From Octopus vulgaris (lineage: Eukaryota), in the NCBI GenBank assembly GCA_951406725.2, contig OX597816.1, positions 74,276,001 through 74,340,000 on the forward strand: DNA of 64,000 bases, read 5' to 3'. The notes under the pieces were generated by a model. The model did no database searches. It was not told where the DNA came from and saw nothing but the letters and a program-made list of their open reading frames with translations. Both the position numbers and the translations under genes were made by a program. Below are positions 25,762 to 38,956 of the stretch, piece after piece. Position 1 is the first letter of the stretch, and each line of letters opens with the position of its first letter.

Positions 25762-26900
25762 ATAAGGAGGAAATATCTACACTGGATAAAAGGACAAAAA
25801 AGTTGATGACACTGCATGGGGCACCACATCCTAAAGCAAACGTAAACAGACTGTATACGAAAAGAAAGAATGGTGGCAGAAGACTAATTAGTATAGACCA
25901 TTGTATAAAGAGTGAAAGGAGAACACTTGCCGAGTATCTGATAAATAGTGATGAAGCTCTGCTACAATATACTGTGAAAGATATGGGTGTAAATGCAGAT
26001 GAAATGAAGGGCAAGGAAGAGTTTAACCAAAGAGCTGAGGAGAAGAGAAAAGAAGATCTTCTTGAAATGAAAATGCATGGACAGTTTGAAAGGAATACAC
26101 AAGACGTTAAGGATAATACAGCATCATGGGCATGGCTTGAGTGAGGTGATTTGAAGCGTACCACCGAAAGCCTGATCATTGCTGCACAAGACCAGGCTAT
26201 TGTTACCAATTCAGTGAAGTATAACATCTATAAAACTTCTGACACCCAGAAATTCAGATTCTGTGGAAAGAGTGTGGAAAATACGACCCACTTGGTAAGC
26301 AGATGTGAGAGCCTTGCACAAAATGAATACAAGCGCTGCCACGATAAAGTGTGTGTGTATCTTCATTGGCTCTTATGCCGTAAATACCAATATGAAGTAA
26401 CAGAGAACTGGTATGAGCATGTACCAAGTAAAGTTATGCAGGAGGATGGAAAAGTAACGATATTCTGGGATTATGATTTTCAGACGGATCATGTAAGCAA
26501 ACACCGTTGGCCGGATCTTGTCATATTGAATAAGAGAGACAAATACTGTCAGATCATTGATGTAGCCATACCAAATGACATGAATGTTGTGAGTAAAGAG
26601 GTGAAAAAAATCCCCAAGTACTCCGAATTGAAAGTGGAAATGGCAAGACTGTATGGAACGCGAGAGGGTAATGTAAAAGTGATAACAGTGGCAATCGGAG
26701 CGTTGGGCTCAATCCCATTGAAACTTCAAGACTTCTTAAGGCTACTGAAAATCCCATGCAAGATTGATGCCTTACAAAAAGCAGCCATATTGGACACAGT
26801 GCACGTCTTAAGGAAAGTATTATCTGTCTGAGGTCCTCGTTGTGACTTGACAGATGACTAAAGACTCTGGTGCATTTTTACCTACACTGTATTATGAAGG
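25762..26900 (+). mobile_element. 5'-truncated R4/Dong-clade non-LTR element (zinc knuckle + restriction-like endonuclease)
   Basis: RLYTKRKNGGR, ESLIIAAQDQ, degenerate CCHC knuckle, PD...IIDVAIP...KY RLE motifs. One in-frame stop at 26142-26144. Flanked by (AAT/AAC)n. Confidence 0.88.
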
Positions 26901-27546
26901 AATAATAATAAAGAAAAATGAGCTCAAAATCAATTAAGCCAGACTGTAGCAAGGATATGCTTGAAGATCAGAGCAAAACCATACACATTTGAGAAATGGG
27001 TTGGCAGAACACTCTCCCCCACCCTATTTTCTGCACATCAAAAAAATAGAGGGAATGTATTTACATTCTTCATCATCATCATTTAATGTCTGTTGTCCAT
27101 GCTGGCATGGTTTGGATGGTTTGACAAGGATGGCATGCTGGAAGGCTGAACCAGACTCCAATCTGATTTGGCATGGTTTCCTACAGCTTGATGCCCTTCA
27201 TATTGCCAACCACTCTGAGAGCATAATGGGTGCTTTTACTTGCCACTGGCACAGGTGCCATTTGCATGACACCGGGGTGCAATTACATGCCACCGGCATG
27301 GATGCCAATTTGCATGAAGCCGGTATCTGCCACAACTATGGTTTTGCTTGGCTTCATGGGTCTTCTCAAGCATGATATAATGGTCATGGTCATTGACTTC
27401 ATGAGGCCCAACACTCGAGAGGAACTCAGCCACCTTGCCTTGTAGATTATAATTTCATTATCAGGAAAATGAATTAAGAATTAATCTCTGAAAGTTAATT
27501 TAGAGGGAAGGAAATCTGGTCCTTGTTCAATGACAAGGGACAACAA

Positions 27547-27586
27547 CTATAGGCATGTTTCAATCTATTGGACCTCATCAGCACAG
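27547..27586 (-). ncRNA. Hammerhead motif; inverted duplicate at 29124-29163 (+)
   Basis: Consensus CTGTG-CTGATGA-GGTC caata GATT-GAAA-CATG-TC^TATAG. Each copy carries one different core mutation. Confidence 0.7.
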
Positions 27587-28043
27587 TATATAGCCTGTTA
27601 CTTATGCCAGTGCTACGTAAAAAGCATTCATGTCAGAGCTGCGTAAAATTACCTGTGCTGGTAGCATGTAGAAAACACCCAGTATAATCTGTGCCAAACC
27701 AGACAAATGGAGGCTGGACAGCTGCTGTTAAACTGTCCGACCCATACCAGCGTGGAAGACAGACATTAAATGATGTTGATGATGATGATGAGAAAAGAAG
27801 ATTTGGCCAGTATAATTTGCATAATCAAAAAAATTGGATAAGTTACGGGAAGTAACTCAACTGTCCACTGGTAAGATTAGTTGAGGGTATTTTGCCCTGT
27901 TTCAAGCTCATGTCCTCTCGAATATATATCTGGTCTCATTTGATTGGTACCAATCCATATCACTTCACATAATCCTAGTACATTCCTTGAATTAAGTGAG
28001 ATAAATTCATCTTTGATGTTTTGTGTTTTGCCCTCTTGATGTC

Positions 28044-28478
28044 TTTTCTACTCTGGGCACAAGGCCCAAAAATTTTGGAGAGGTGGGCAGTCGATTATAT
28101 TGACCCCAGTACACAACTGGTACTTAATTTATCGAGCCCCAAAAGGATGAAAGGCAAAGTCAACCTTGGCGGAATTTAAACTCAGAACGTAAAGACAGAC
28201 AAAATATTGCTAAGTATTTTGCCTGGCATGCTAATGTTTCTGCCAGCTCGCTACCTTTAAAATACTCTTTTCTACTTTAGGCATAAGGCCTGAAATTTTG
28301 GAGGAGGGGGCCAGTCGGTTAAATTGACCCCAGTACACAACTGGTACTTAATTTATTGACCCCGAAAGGATGAAAGGCAAAGTTGACCTCAGTGGAATTT
28401 GAACTCTGAATGTAAAGACAGATGAAATACTGCTAAGCATTTCGTCTGGCGTGCTAACGATTCTGCCAGCTCACCACC
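28044..28478 (-). mobile_element. Tandem dimer of family-B SINE
   Basis: Two ~215-nt units (GGCGAGCTGGCAGAA...GAGTTCAAATTCC...) within TSD TTTGCCCT(C/T)TTGATGT. Second dimer at 29718-30154; monomers at 7565, 11455, 37311, 52098, 54215 and 58262. Confidence 0.85.
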
Positions 28479-28571
28479 TTTGCCCTTTTGATGTTTGATG
28501 CTATTTTTCCTCAATGTTTGTTTCTTGCAGCCAACAGTTACTTAATCATTTAGCTTTTAAACTGGCCATAT

Positions 28572-29263
28572 GCCCACAGGCATATGGCGCAGTGGTTAAG
28601 AGTACAGGCTACTAGTCTCAAGAATGTGAGTTTGATTCCAGGCAGTGACCTAAATAATAATAATAATAATAACACCGAAAAACACCTTAGGAATGAGAAC
28701 CCAGGTTCGAAATTGCCCCAGGACACCTGATAAAGGCTGGAGGGTATATCAGCCAAAACGTGTTAACAACAAACAAGATCATCATCATCATCATCATCAT
28801 CATCATTATTGTTTAACGTCTGCTTTCCATGCCGGCATGGGACGGACGGTTTGACTGAGGACTGGTGAACCAGAAGGCTGCACTAGTCTCCAATGTGATG
28901 TGGTAAAGTTTCTACAGCTGGATGCCCTTCTTAATGCCAACCACTCCGACAGTGTAGTGGGTGCCTTTACATACCACTGGTACAAGGCCTAGTCAGGTGT
29001 TACTGGCATTGACCATGCTCAAATGGTGCTTTTTATGTGCCACCTGCACAGGAGCCAGTCTGGCGGCACTGGTAACGACCACGCACAGAGCCAGTAGCAG
29101 TGGCATGAGTAACAGGCTATATACTGTGTTGATGAGGTCCAATAGATTGAAACATGTCTATAGTTGTTGTTCCTTGTCATTGAACAAGGACCAGATTTCC
29201 TTCCCTCTAAATTAACAGAGCCCTGGAGGACAAATATTCGTCAAATGTAAATAATGTAAATAA
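28572..29263 (+). mobile_element. tRNA-head plus hammerhead element, interrupted by a nested insert (28781-29225)
   Basis: A box TGGCGCAGTGG at 28585, degenerate B box, (AAT)n, mutated hammerhead at 28722-28765. Flanking repeat TGGCCATAT at 28563-28571 and 29264-29272. Confidence 0.75.
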
Positions 29264-32200
29264 TGGCCATATCCTGTCCAAATATTCATCATCCTCATCA
29301 TCGTTTAACGTCCGTTTTCCATGCTAGCATGGGTCTGTTTTATAATTAAAAGATTAAAGATGGTAGCAGTGTGGGGGGGGGGTCATCCCTGCCTCATAAT
29401 CTCCCTCCCACCAGATGAAGCTCCATCCTTTGAGATTCCATTTGTGTTGCTGCTTGTATTACATAAAATCTGAAGATTCAGAATTTTTCTTGGGAAAAGA
29501 TACAACAGTAGTTTCCACAGCTATAGGGCCTATTTAACTTTTAGGCAGAGAGAACCTTTCAGGATTGATAAAAATAAGTGTCAGTTAACCAGTAAGGTCA
29601 ATGTAATCGACTTAGCCTTTCTCTTGAATTTGCTGACCTTGTGGCAAAATTTGAAATTATTATTGTATGTAAGGACAAAACTGTATCGGCCATTTACAGA
29701 CAATAACAGCAATAATGCTTTTCTAATCTAGGCACAAGGACTGAACTTTTGGGGGAAAGGGGCAGTCGATTAGATCGACCCCACTACACAATTGGTACTT
29801 AATTTATCGACCCCGAAAGGATGAAAGGCAAAGTCGACCTCGGCGGGATTTGAACTCAGAATGTAAAGACAGACGAAATACTGCTAAGCATTTCGCCCAG
29901 TGTTCTAACGTTTCTGCCAGCTCGCTACCTTTAAAATATTCTTTTCTACTTTAGGCATAAGGCCTGAAATTTTATAGGAGGGGGCCAGTCGGTTAGATTG
30001 ACCCCAGTACACAACTGGTACTTAATTTATTGACCCCGAAAGGATGAAAGGCAAAGTCGACCTCAGTGGAATTTGAACTCAGAATGTAAAGACAGACAAA
30101 ATGCTGCTAAGCATTTCGCCCAGCATGCTAACGTTTCTGCCAGCTTGCCGCCTTAACAACAGCAATAATTACATATAGGAAGAAAGATACTGTTTGGATT
30201 TTATGGCAAGCTGTTGATAGGGCAATCTGTTGTGCACATGTGGTTATGACGCATATGCCTGGTATACTTTATCAGACAGGTAGTCATGATGAGTATACTG
30301 GGCTTCATATATTTTACCCCAGTGTCACTTTGATGGCATGCACTGCTCCCTCACTCACACACACACATATATAGGTAAGTAGGTAGGTAGGTAGGCAGGC
30401 AGGCAAGTAGATAGATAGATAGATGACCTCTTGCTAGATAAATCTGGGTCTTTCTATGTGTCTCTCTGTTGTGTTTCTTCCCCCACCTCTCTCTGCTTTA
30501 ATTCTGTTCTTTCACACACACACCCTATTATACACAATAATAACAATACTCAACTGCTAACTTTCCCAGCACCACCACAACCAACCACACCTATTTTTTT
30601 ATTTCAACTTTCAATCACAATAAGAAAGAAAATGAATTTTTACAAATTTACACTAAAGAAACCAAAATACTTCATTTAATACAAAAGGAACCAATCAGAA
30701 GTTTACCTGTATTTTTATCTATAACACAAGTATGATCTGACTCTTACCAATATTACACACCTTTGTTCTGGACACAATACAACCAACAACTTCTCCAGTA
30801 TTCTCACACTCCACCATACCTAGCTTGCCATGTCATTCTAATCAATGATGGACCTCGAAAGAGTCACTTTCATTACATTCAAAACACTGTGCTCCAAAGT
30901 TAATTCCAATCTTTTACCAAATCCTTCACACTTCCTTTCTCTGGAACAATCCCTCCTGTCATCCTCTCTTCCTACATCTCAGTGACCATTGTTAGACTTT
31001 TTAGGGAGCAATATATGATGGAAAATTCTCTTACATGACACACTCACACACCAAAGTTCACTAAAAAAAATGTTGCATTTGATATTAGCAAATATACCAA
31101 CCGGGTTTGACATGAAAGCCTTCATCATCATCATCTGTGGTCAGTGCCCCCTGACTGGCTCCCGTGCCAGTGGCAAGTTAAAAGCACCATCCAAACATGG
31201 CTGATGCCAGTAACCCCTGACTGGCCCCCATGCCAGTGGCACATAATAAGCACTATTCAAATGTGATTGATGCTAGGCCCACCTGACTGGCTCCTGTGCC
31301 AGTGGCATGTAAAAAGCATCCACTACACTCTCGGAGTTGCTGGCGTTAGGAAGGGCATCTCGCTGTAGAAACATTGTCAGATCAGATTGCAACCTGGTGC
31401 AGCTGCTGGCTCTCCAGATCTCAGTCAAACCGTCCAACCCATGCCAGCAAGGAAAGCAGACGTTAAACGATGATGATGATGATGATGATGATGTCCATGG
31501 GCTGGATGGGTTGACCAGGGCTGGTAAGGTGGAAGGCTCCAGTCTGATTTGGCATGGTTTTCTACAGCTGGATGCCTTTCCTAACACCAACCACTCTAAG
31601 AGTGTAGTGGGAGTTTTTACATGCACTGGCACAGGTGCCATTTCATGACACTGGTATCTGCCACAACTGCCACATAATGCCAAAAGTCTCAGTCATTGCC
31701 TCCATGAGGCCCAACACTTGAAAGGAATTGGCCCTCAAGCTATTAATCCACATTTGTCTCTCAACTCTTGTTGCCCACTATCCTTTAACCTTTATCTTTT
31801 TATCTTTTACTTGTTTCAGTCATTAGACTGTGGCCATGCTGGGGCACTACCTCAAAGAATTTTTTGTTGAATGGATCGATCCTAGTACTTTTTTTTAAGC
31901 CTGATACTTATTCTATCAGTCTCTTTTGCTGAACTGCTAAGTTACAGCGATGTCAACACACCAACACTGGTTGCCGAGCAATGGTGGGGGACAAACACAG
32001 ACAACACACACATATGCACACACATACAAACACACAAACACACACATGACAGGCTTCTTTCAGTTTCCACCTACTAAATCCACTCACAAGGTTTTGGTTG
32101 ACCCAAGGATACAATACAAGACACTTGCAGTGGAACTGAACCCAGAACCATGTGGTTAGGAAGTAAGCTTCTTACCACACATCCAAGCCTAATAGACAGC

Positions 32201-33894
32201 ACATGTCTTTCTTGTAGCCAAGTTCTTACTAATGACTTAAATCTGTTTCTCACCTTTTCAATCAGAGGTTTTCTGTCATCCAATTCTATATGCTGACAAT
32301 GCTCCCTCTCTCTCTCTCTCTCTTGCTATCAACTTTGATACACTACAAGGTTCGGTTAAGTTTCCCACACTCTTCTCTACGCCAATGACCCACTTGCTCT
32401 TACTTCTAACAACATTCATTCCTATGCAGACAACACAGTCCTCCTGTACCTTCTGCACCTTTTGAGTCATCCATACAGAACCTTAGCACTTTATGCATGA
32501 CATATAGCAACACCATGGACAAAGATCTTTAAGAGCCACCTTTGATTTATGCATGACATACACTTGATGCCATAGACAGAGACCTTTGACGCAGATCCAA
32601 AGACACAATTAATATAATACATCAAGGAATCACATTTGTACCACACCCATTACACACAAGTACAGACAAATAAACAAAAGGTTCAAAACCACCAACAAAT
32701 GTTTCACCATTCAACCTTTGGTGACCTCAAAGCAACCTCACACATATAAGATTCTCAAAACTGTTTCACAGCAGCTAGGTTTCTGCTTCTTTTATCTTTT
32801 TTACTTTTGCTTGTTTTAGCCATTAGACTGCGGCCATGCTGGGACACTGCCTTCAAGATTTTTTATCAAATGAATCCAACCCAGTAATTTTTTTTAAGCC
32901 TGGTTCTTCAGTCTCTTTTGCAGGACCACTAGGTTATGAGGATGTAAACATACTGACACACACACACCAACATACACACACACACACATGCAATGGGATT
33001 CTTTCAGTTTCTGTCTACCAAATCCACTCACAAGACTTTGTTCGGCCCGAGGCTATAGTAGAAGACGCTTGCCCAAGGTGCCACGCAATGCGACTGAACC
33101 CCGAAGTATAAGACACTTGGCCAAAGTGCCATGCAGTGGGACTGAACCCTGGACCTTGTGGTTGGGAAGCAAGCTTCTTACCACACAGCCATACCTGCAT
33201 TTAGTTACAAACTTATAAACAAAATATGATAATTAGATTTAATAAGAACCACTGTAATGACTGAGACAGCATAACTCAATAGCACTCCCAGAATTCTGTT
33301 TATATTCTACAGAGAACTATCAACTCAATTGATCCAATAACTAAAGCAATCATAGACACAGGTGTGGCTGTGTGGTAAATAGTTAGCTTCCCAACCACAT
33401 GGTTCCAGGTTCAGGCCCATTGTGTGACACCTTGAGTAAGTGTCTTCTACTATAACCTCAGCCTTGTGTGTTGATTTGGTAGAGAGAAACTGAAAGAAGC
33501 CTGTTCTTTATAAATATGGGGGGGAGTGGGTATTTGTCCCCCCACTGCCACTTGACAGCTGGTGTTAGTTTGTCTACATCCTCTGTAACTAGTAGTTCAG
33601 CAAAAGAGACTGATAGAATAAGTTCCAAACTTTAAAAGAAAGTATTGTGGTCAATTCATTTGACTAAGAATTCTTCAAGGCGGTGCCCCAGCATGGCCAC
33701 ACTCTAATGACTGAAACGTGAATCAAGAGACAACGTGCAGTATGTCTTAGATACGAGGAGGTGCTGGAAAGTTCCTGGCTTTAAGAGTATTGAATTAGGT
33801 GCATATTTTGCCATAAAAGGAAAATGTTGCTATCAATCAATTTTATCCAAGGTAGGCACTGCCTACCTTGCCTAACTAGATGGCATGTCCCTGG

Positions 33895-33940
<46 letters not shown>

Positions 33941-34354
33941 CATACAATGGGCTTCTTTCAGTTTCTGCCCACCAATTCCACTCACAAGGCTTTGGTCAAT
34001 CTGAGGTTAAAATGCAAACGATTACTTAAAGTTCTGCATAATGGAACTGAACCTGAGATCACATGGTTAGGAAGTGTCTATACCTAGGTTGCATAGACAT
34101 ACTGTTTGCTATTCACACTATCAGAAGTGAACGAATGACTGGCCTTGCTGTAAACCTGCCAATTAATCATGGTTTTATTTCCAAAACTAAATATATAGCT
34201 AAAAATGAATTGCTTTATATTTTTCATAAATGTCTATGTGGTTAAGAAGCTTACTTTGCCACCAAGTGGCTTTGGGTTCAATCCTACTTCATGGCAATAG
34301 CCCCAAGTTGACCAATGTCTTGTGAGACAAGGGGACTATGTGGAAGCCCTTTGT

Positions 34355-34445
<91 letters not shown>

Positions 34446-34691
34446 CAGATAGATAGATATTAAAAATGTGTCTGCGTCTTTGCGTTTGTGTATGTCCCTC
34501 TCCACCCTAGCTTGACAATCAGTGTTGGTTTGTTTATGTCCCCATAACTTAGAGATGCAGCCCAAGAAATCGAAAGCATCAGGCCAAGGTCAATTTGTCC
34601 AAGTAAGCCCTTCAAGGTAGAACCCCCAACATGACCTCAGACCAATGGCTAAAACAAGTAAAAGAGAAAAAAAATGAAACATTTTACTTAC

Positions 34692-34845
34692 ATTTGAATT
34701 TCACATTTCTATGAAGTGACTGGGCCCCATTCCAATATTTATCAACAAAATCCATAATCTTGAGAAGTAATCGATCTACACTGGGGCCATCAGAGGTTTT
34801 TGAAGCTTCAGATCCTTCACAAGAGATCACAGTTGATGAAGAAGA
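34692..34845 (-). CDS. CEP72: CEP72-family coding exon with the conserved central motif
   Basis: ctcag| acceptor and |gtaagt donor; 154 nt, phase 0 to 1. LLKIMDFVDKYWNGAQSLHRNVKF matches the recalled CEP72 LLDLVDRSWGGCRSLHSNEAF. Confidence 0.92.
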
Positions 34846-36452
34846 CTGAGTTTAAGAGAAATATTTATACAGACTTTTGTTAATATTTACATGGCATCAA
34901 TAATAAATAATATATTTATACATTATTTATATTATATATATGTGTGCGTGTGTGTGTAAGTAACCTCTATAATACCTATATAAATAAGGTAAATAAAGCT
35001 ATTTCTCTGTAGAATGGAAAAAAAATGTCAGATTCTCATCAGAAGCGTCTACATTAATTCTACCAATCCCAGAGAAACAAGCAACCGATCTGATTATATA
35101 TTCAACAATAGGCACAGAAAACTACTGCTACTAATTTACATAACATGTCAACACTTTATTTCTAAATATCAGAGGACTGTCAATGGAGATCTCAGTCCAC
35201 ATAGTATCGAGGTATGATGGCCTCACAGAGGTGAGGTGGCTGAGTTCCTTTCAAGCGTTGGTCCTCATGAAGGCAAAGTGGCCAAGCTCCATTCAAATGT
35301 TGGGTCTCACAGAGGCAATGACCAACACCTTTGGCATTATGCTGTGCTTGCGAAGAAGACCCGTCAAGTTGAGCAAAATCGCAGTCATGGCAGATACTGG
35401 TGTCACACAAATGGCACCCATGCAGGGGGCATGTAAAAGCACCCACTACACTGTTGGAGGGGTTGGCGTTAGGAAGGACATCCACCTGTAGGAAACCATG
35501 CCAAATCAGACTGGATCCTGGTGCAGCCTTCCAGCGTGCCAGCTCTGGTCAAACCATCCAACTCATGCCAGCATGGACAACAGACACTAAATGATGATGA
35601 TGATGATACTGATGAACCTATATAGTATGTATATAAACAAGGATAATTAAGCTATACACACACACATACACATATGACAGGCTTCTTTCAGTTCCTATCT
35701 ACTAAATCCACCCAAAGGGCTATTGTCAGCCCAGGGTTATAGTAATAGATACTTGCTTGTTCATTCAGTGGGACTGAACCACAATTTCTTAATTACACAA
35801 CCACACCCACACCAACCATTGTTGATAAAAAACTTCCCTTTCAGTGTAAAGAAATGTTAGTTCTGAGAGAGCAAAACATGAAATCAGAAAATACTTGAAT
35901 AGTATGAAGGAGGTGTTTTATGAACTCAGTGACCTTCTGTTAAGAGTGTTTTTACAGAATGCTCAGCTAGTGCTATTGTAAAGGTGGGAAGAATGTGTGT
36001 GTGTGTAAAATGCATATAATAGATCTAGCAATAAACTAGGAGCCACAGTCTGTCAAATAAAGTACTAAAGTTGGGGTTAGTTAATAATAATAGTAATAAT
36101 AATAGCCCAGCTGGCAACAAGGTATGCAAAAAGGGCATTTGTTTTGCTTGGGTGAGTTTGTTTTGCTTGTTTGTTTAAAGCTCATCCAAGAGAAATTGAG
36201 AAATGGCTTTTGAAGTTTTAACTATTACATTATTACATAATGTTGTGGTGGACGCCCCCAGTTGAGAAATAGGCTGGTCCACTACTAATAAATAGTGGAC
36301 TGATGCAGTCAGTAATGTCAGTCAGTGAGGTACAATATTTAGAGCCAGTCCTGCAGGGACGACGAAATATGTCATCATAATGCGGTACATAACACATAAT
36401 AATAAAAATAATAATAATATTAATAATAATAATGATAGTAATAATAATAATA

Positions 36453-36790
36453 GCCCAGCTGACAACAAGGTATGCAATAAGGAAGAAAGAAAAGTTGAGA
36501 GATATGACAGGTTAGCTTGGGAAGTTAAGCAGTTGTGGTCGATGAAAAAGGTAGCAGTAGTACCAATAATTGTCGGAGCCCTGGGAACACTGAACAAAAA
36601 TCTCGAGAAATACGTGGAACAAATAGGGGCTGCAATAAGGGTGGAGCACTTGCAGAAAACAGCACTGCTTGGAACAGCTTGAATACTCCGGAATGTGCTC
36701 AAAAAATAAGAGGTGTTACCATAGTTCACTGGTAGTGAACAGCTGACACCGTAGTACATCTCCAGTGTTAGAAGCTGTGCACAGACAATT
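36453..36790 (+). mobile_element. R4/Dong-type element 3' fragment in a TAA repeat
   Basis: PADNKVCNKEERKVERYDRL...VVPIIVGALG...LQKTALLGTA; (TAA)n on both sides. Confidence 0.8.
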
Positions 36791-37084
36791 ATAATAATAT
36801 TTTATAAAGATTGATGTAATTCTTCATAAAGGTAAATAGACAATAAGAAGAGCATGATGTAATTTGTAATAGATTGTCTTTTCAAAAGTTTGAACAATAT
36901 TTCGACAGATTGTCTGCCTTCTTTAAGTTCAAGATGTAAAATGTAAACAACTGCAGAATCAGGGAAATTCAAAACATAAACAAAGAAATCCTGCATTCCT
37001 ATTTTGATAGAATAACATCATCAGCTTTCAATTTTATAACTGGTAAAAGGAAAAAGAAAGAAAAAAGAAAAAAAAGAATATTTA

Positions 37085-37740
37085 GTCAAACTGTTTTGTG
37101 TCATTTTATTCATTCCTCCATGGCATGATGTTAGTAATTCACCAATGTATTTCTCCTCATGCATTTTCAGGATTGAAAGTGTAGTTAGATTCAAAATATT
37201 TTCTGAGAATGTGCACTTTGAGGTGTTCCTCAAAACTGCAGCCAGTTGATATAAAGTGTTCGGCAAGTTCTGTCGGACTACTGCTGTGGTGCCTTTGGTT
37301 TAATTGTTCTTATTTCTTTACTGCCCACAAGGGGCAACACACAGAGGGGACAAACAAGGACAGACAGAGGGATTAAGTCGATTATATTGACCCTAGTACA
37401 CAACTGGTACTTATTTAATCGACCCTGAAAGGATGAAAGGCAAAGTCGACCTCGGCGGAATTTGAACTCAGAACATAGCAGCAGACAAAATACTGCTAAG
37501 CATTTCACCCGACGTGCTAATGATTCTGCCAGCTCACGCCTTCACCTTTGGTTTAATTGTTCTATTGTACAACCAACATAAATCAAGTTCTGTTTGGTGC
37601 GTTCTGCTGCGTACACCAAATGGGAATCTCCACACATCCCACATTCTGTTATGATTCCTAATGGAACTGACTTGACTCATGTTGTTGCACAATGAACAGG
37701 GATTGCCTCTCTTGTGGTTGTTTTTCAAGGTATACCATTC
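37085..37740 (-). pseudogene. Decayed GIY-YIG endonuclease (PLE relic) split by a SINE
   Basis: Removing SINE 37311-37544 (19-bp TSD CCTTTGGTTTAATTGTTCT) restores HLVYAAERTKQNLIYVGCTIEQLNQRH...ELAEHF...LKVHIL, then LKMHEEKYI...GMN in a shifted frame. Confidence 0.75.
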
Positions 37741-38792
37741 AGAAACTCCAGTAGTAGTTTCTTGGAGTTAGATGTAGTGATTAATATTTCTCTTATATTT
37801 TCATTCCATCTAAGAACTACAATAGATGGCTGAGGGAATATTTGTTTAAAACAAGGACATTTTTCTGCAATATGCTAATAACTTTCATGTAACACTTTTA
37901 AAATGCCAGCAAAATTTTGGTGCCAGTTAATCACTAAAGGAATTCTATTACAAATTTTACTTAGGTTGCTAAAATTATGCATGGAAGTTTGGTCTTCTTC
38001 CTTGCTAATTTTAGCTAAATCATTTGTGATTACCTTTAATAGGTACAATTTATAAATGAACCCACCTACCCTTTTATGTACTGTCACCTTATTTCTTTAT
38101 TGCCCACAAGGGGCTAAACATAGAGGGGACAAACAAAGGGATTAAGTCAATTACATCAACTCCAGTGCGTGACTGGTACTTAATTTATTGAACCCAAAAG
38201 GATGAAAGGCAAAGTCAACCTCGGCGGAATTTGAACTCAGAACATAATGGCAGATGAAATACCACTAAGTCACCTATTGCAGCTTCACCATATATCACGC
38301 CTGCGTTTACATCTAATGCTATTTCTAACCATCTTTCACATTCTCACAAAACCTATTCATCCACTCATCCTTGACCCCCACCTCTATTTCCTCTTTTATC
38401 CCACCTTCTTGTACTTTGAGTGTATGCCCAGGCACTGCATCTCTCTTTCTCCATTCTTTCTCCCTTTCATTATTATGTTTTTGTTCCAATTAATTTTGGT
38501 AATAATGTAGAATTTAGTAAAATAACTTTGTTATAATCAAGCTGGTGTTTAGAACATAAATTAACATGAACTTTTGATGGAAGGTTTTAATTTAGATCTC
38601 TATAAAACAAGGAATCTGTATCATAGAACCATGGGTGGTTTCATGCAAGTTGGTACCAAAAAAGGGTTAAACAATTATAAAACATAAAAGAAGTCATTTC
38701 TAAATTTTGCAATTAGTTGAAAAGAAACTTTAACAACATCATAGCAAATAAATTCATATTGAGAACAACAAAATTTGTTGTCACCAACATAC

Positions 38793-38956
38793 TTTTAATG
38801 CCTGAGAAGAGGAATGCATATACTTTAGATGTTGCTGTTGTTGTTCTTGTTGTTGGTGTTGCTGGTGGTTCTGACGGTTCTGATGGTCAGTGTTTTGCTG
38901 CTGTTGCAACACTAATGGTTCTTTTGGTTGGTGCAATCCATTATCAGCAGTGTGTC
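38793..38956 (-). CDS. CEP72: CEP72-family coding exon (Q/H-rich linker)
   Basis: tttaaag| acceptor and |gtatgt donor; 164 nt, phase 1 to 0, fitting both neighbouring exons. Confidence 0.8.

Noticed and set aside
33743-33782. Mariner element
   Set aside because: Only a lone TIR-like remnant, with no partner TIR or transposase.
36285-36375. Hammerhead (GTCC/GGAC...GAAATATGTC)
   Set aside because: No CUGANGA or UUGANAA core adjacent to the stem.
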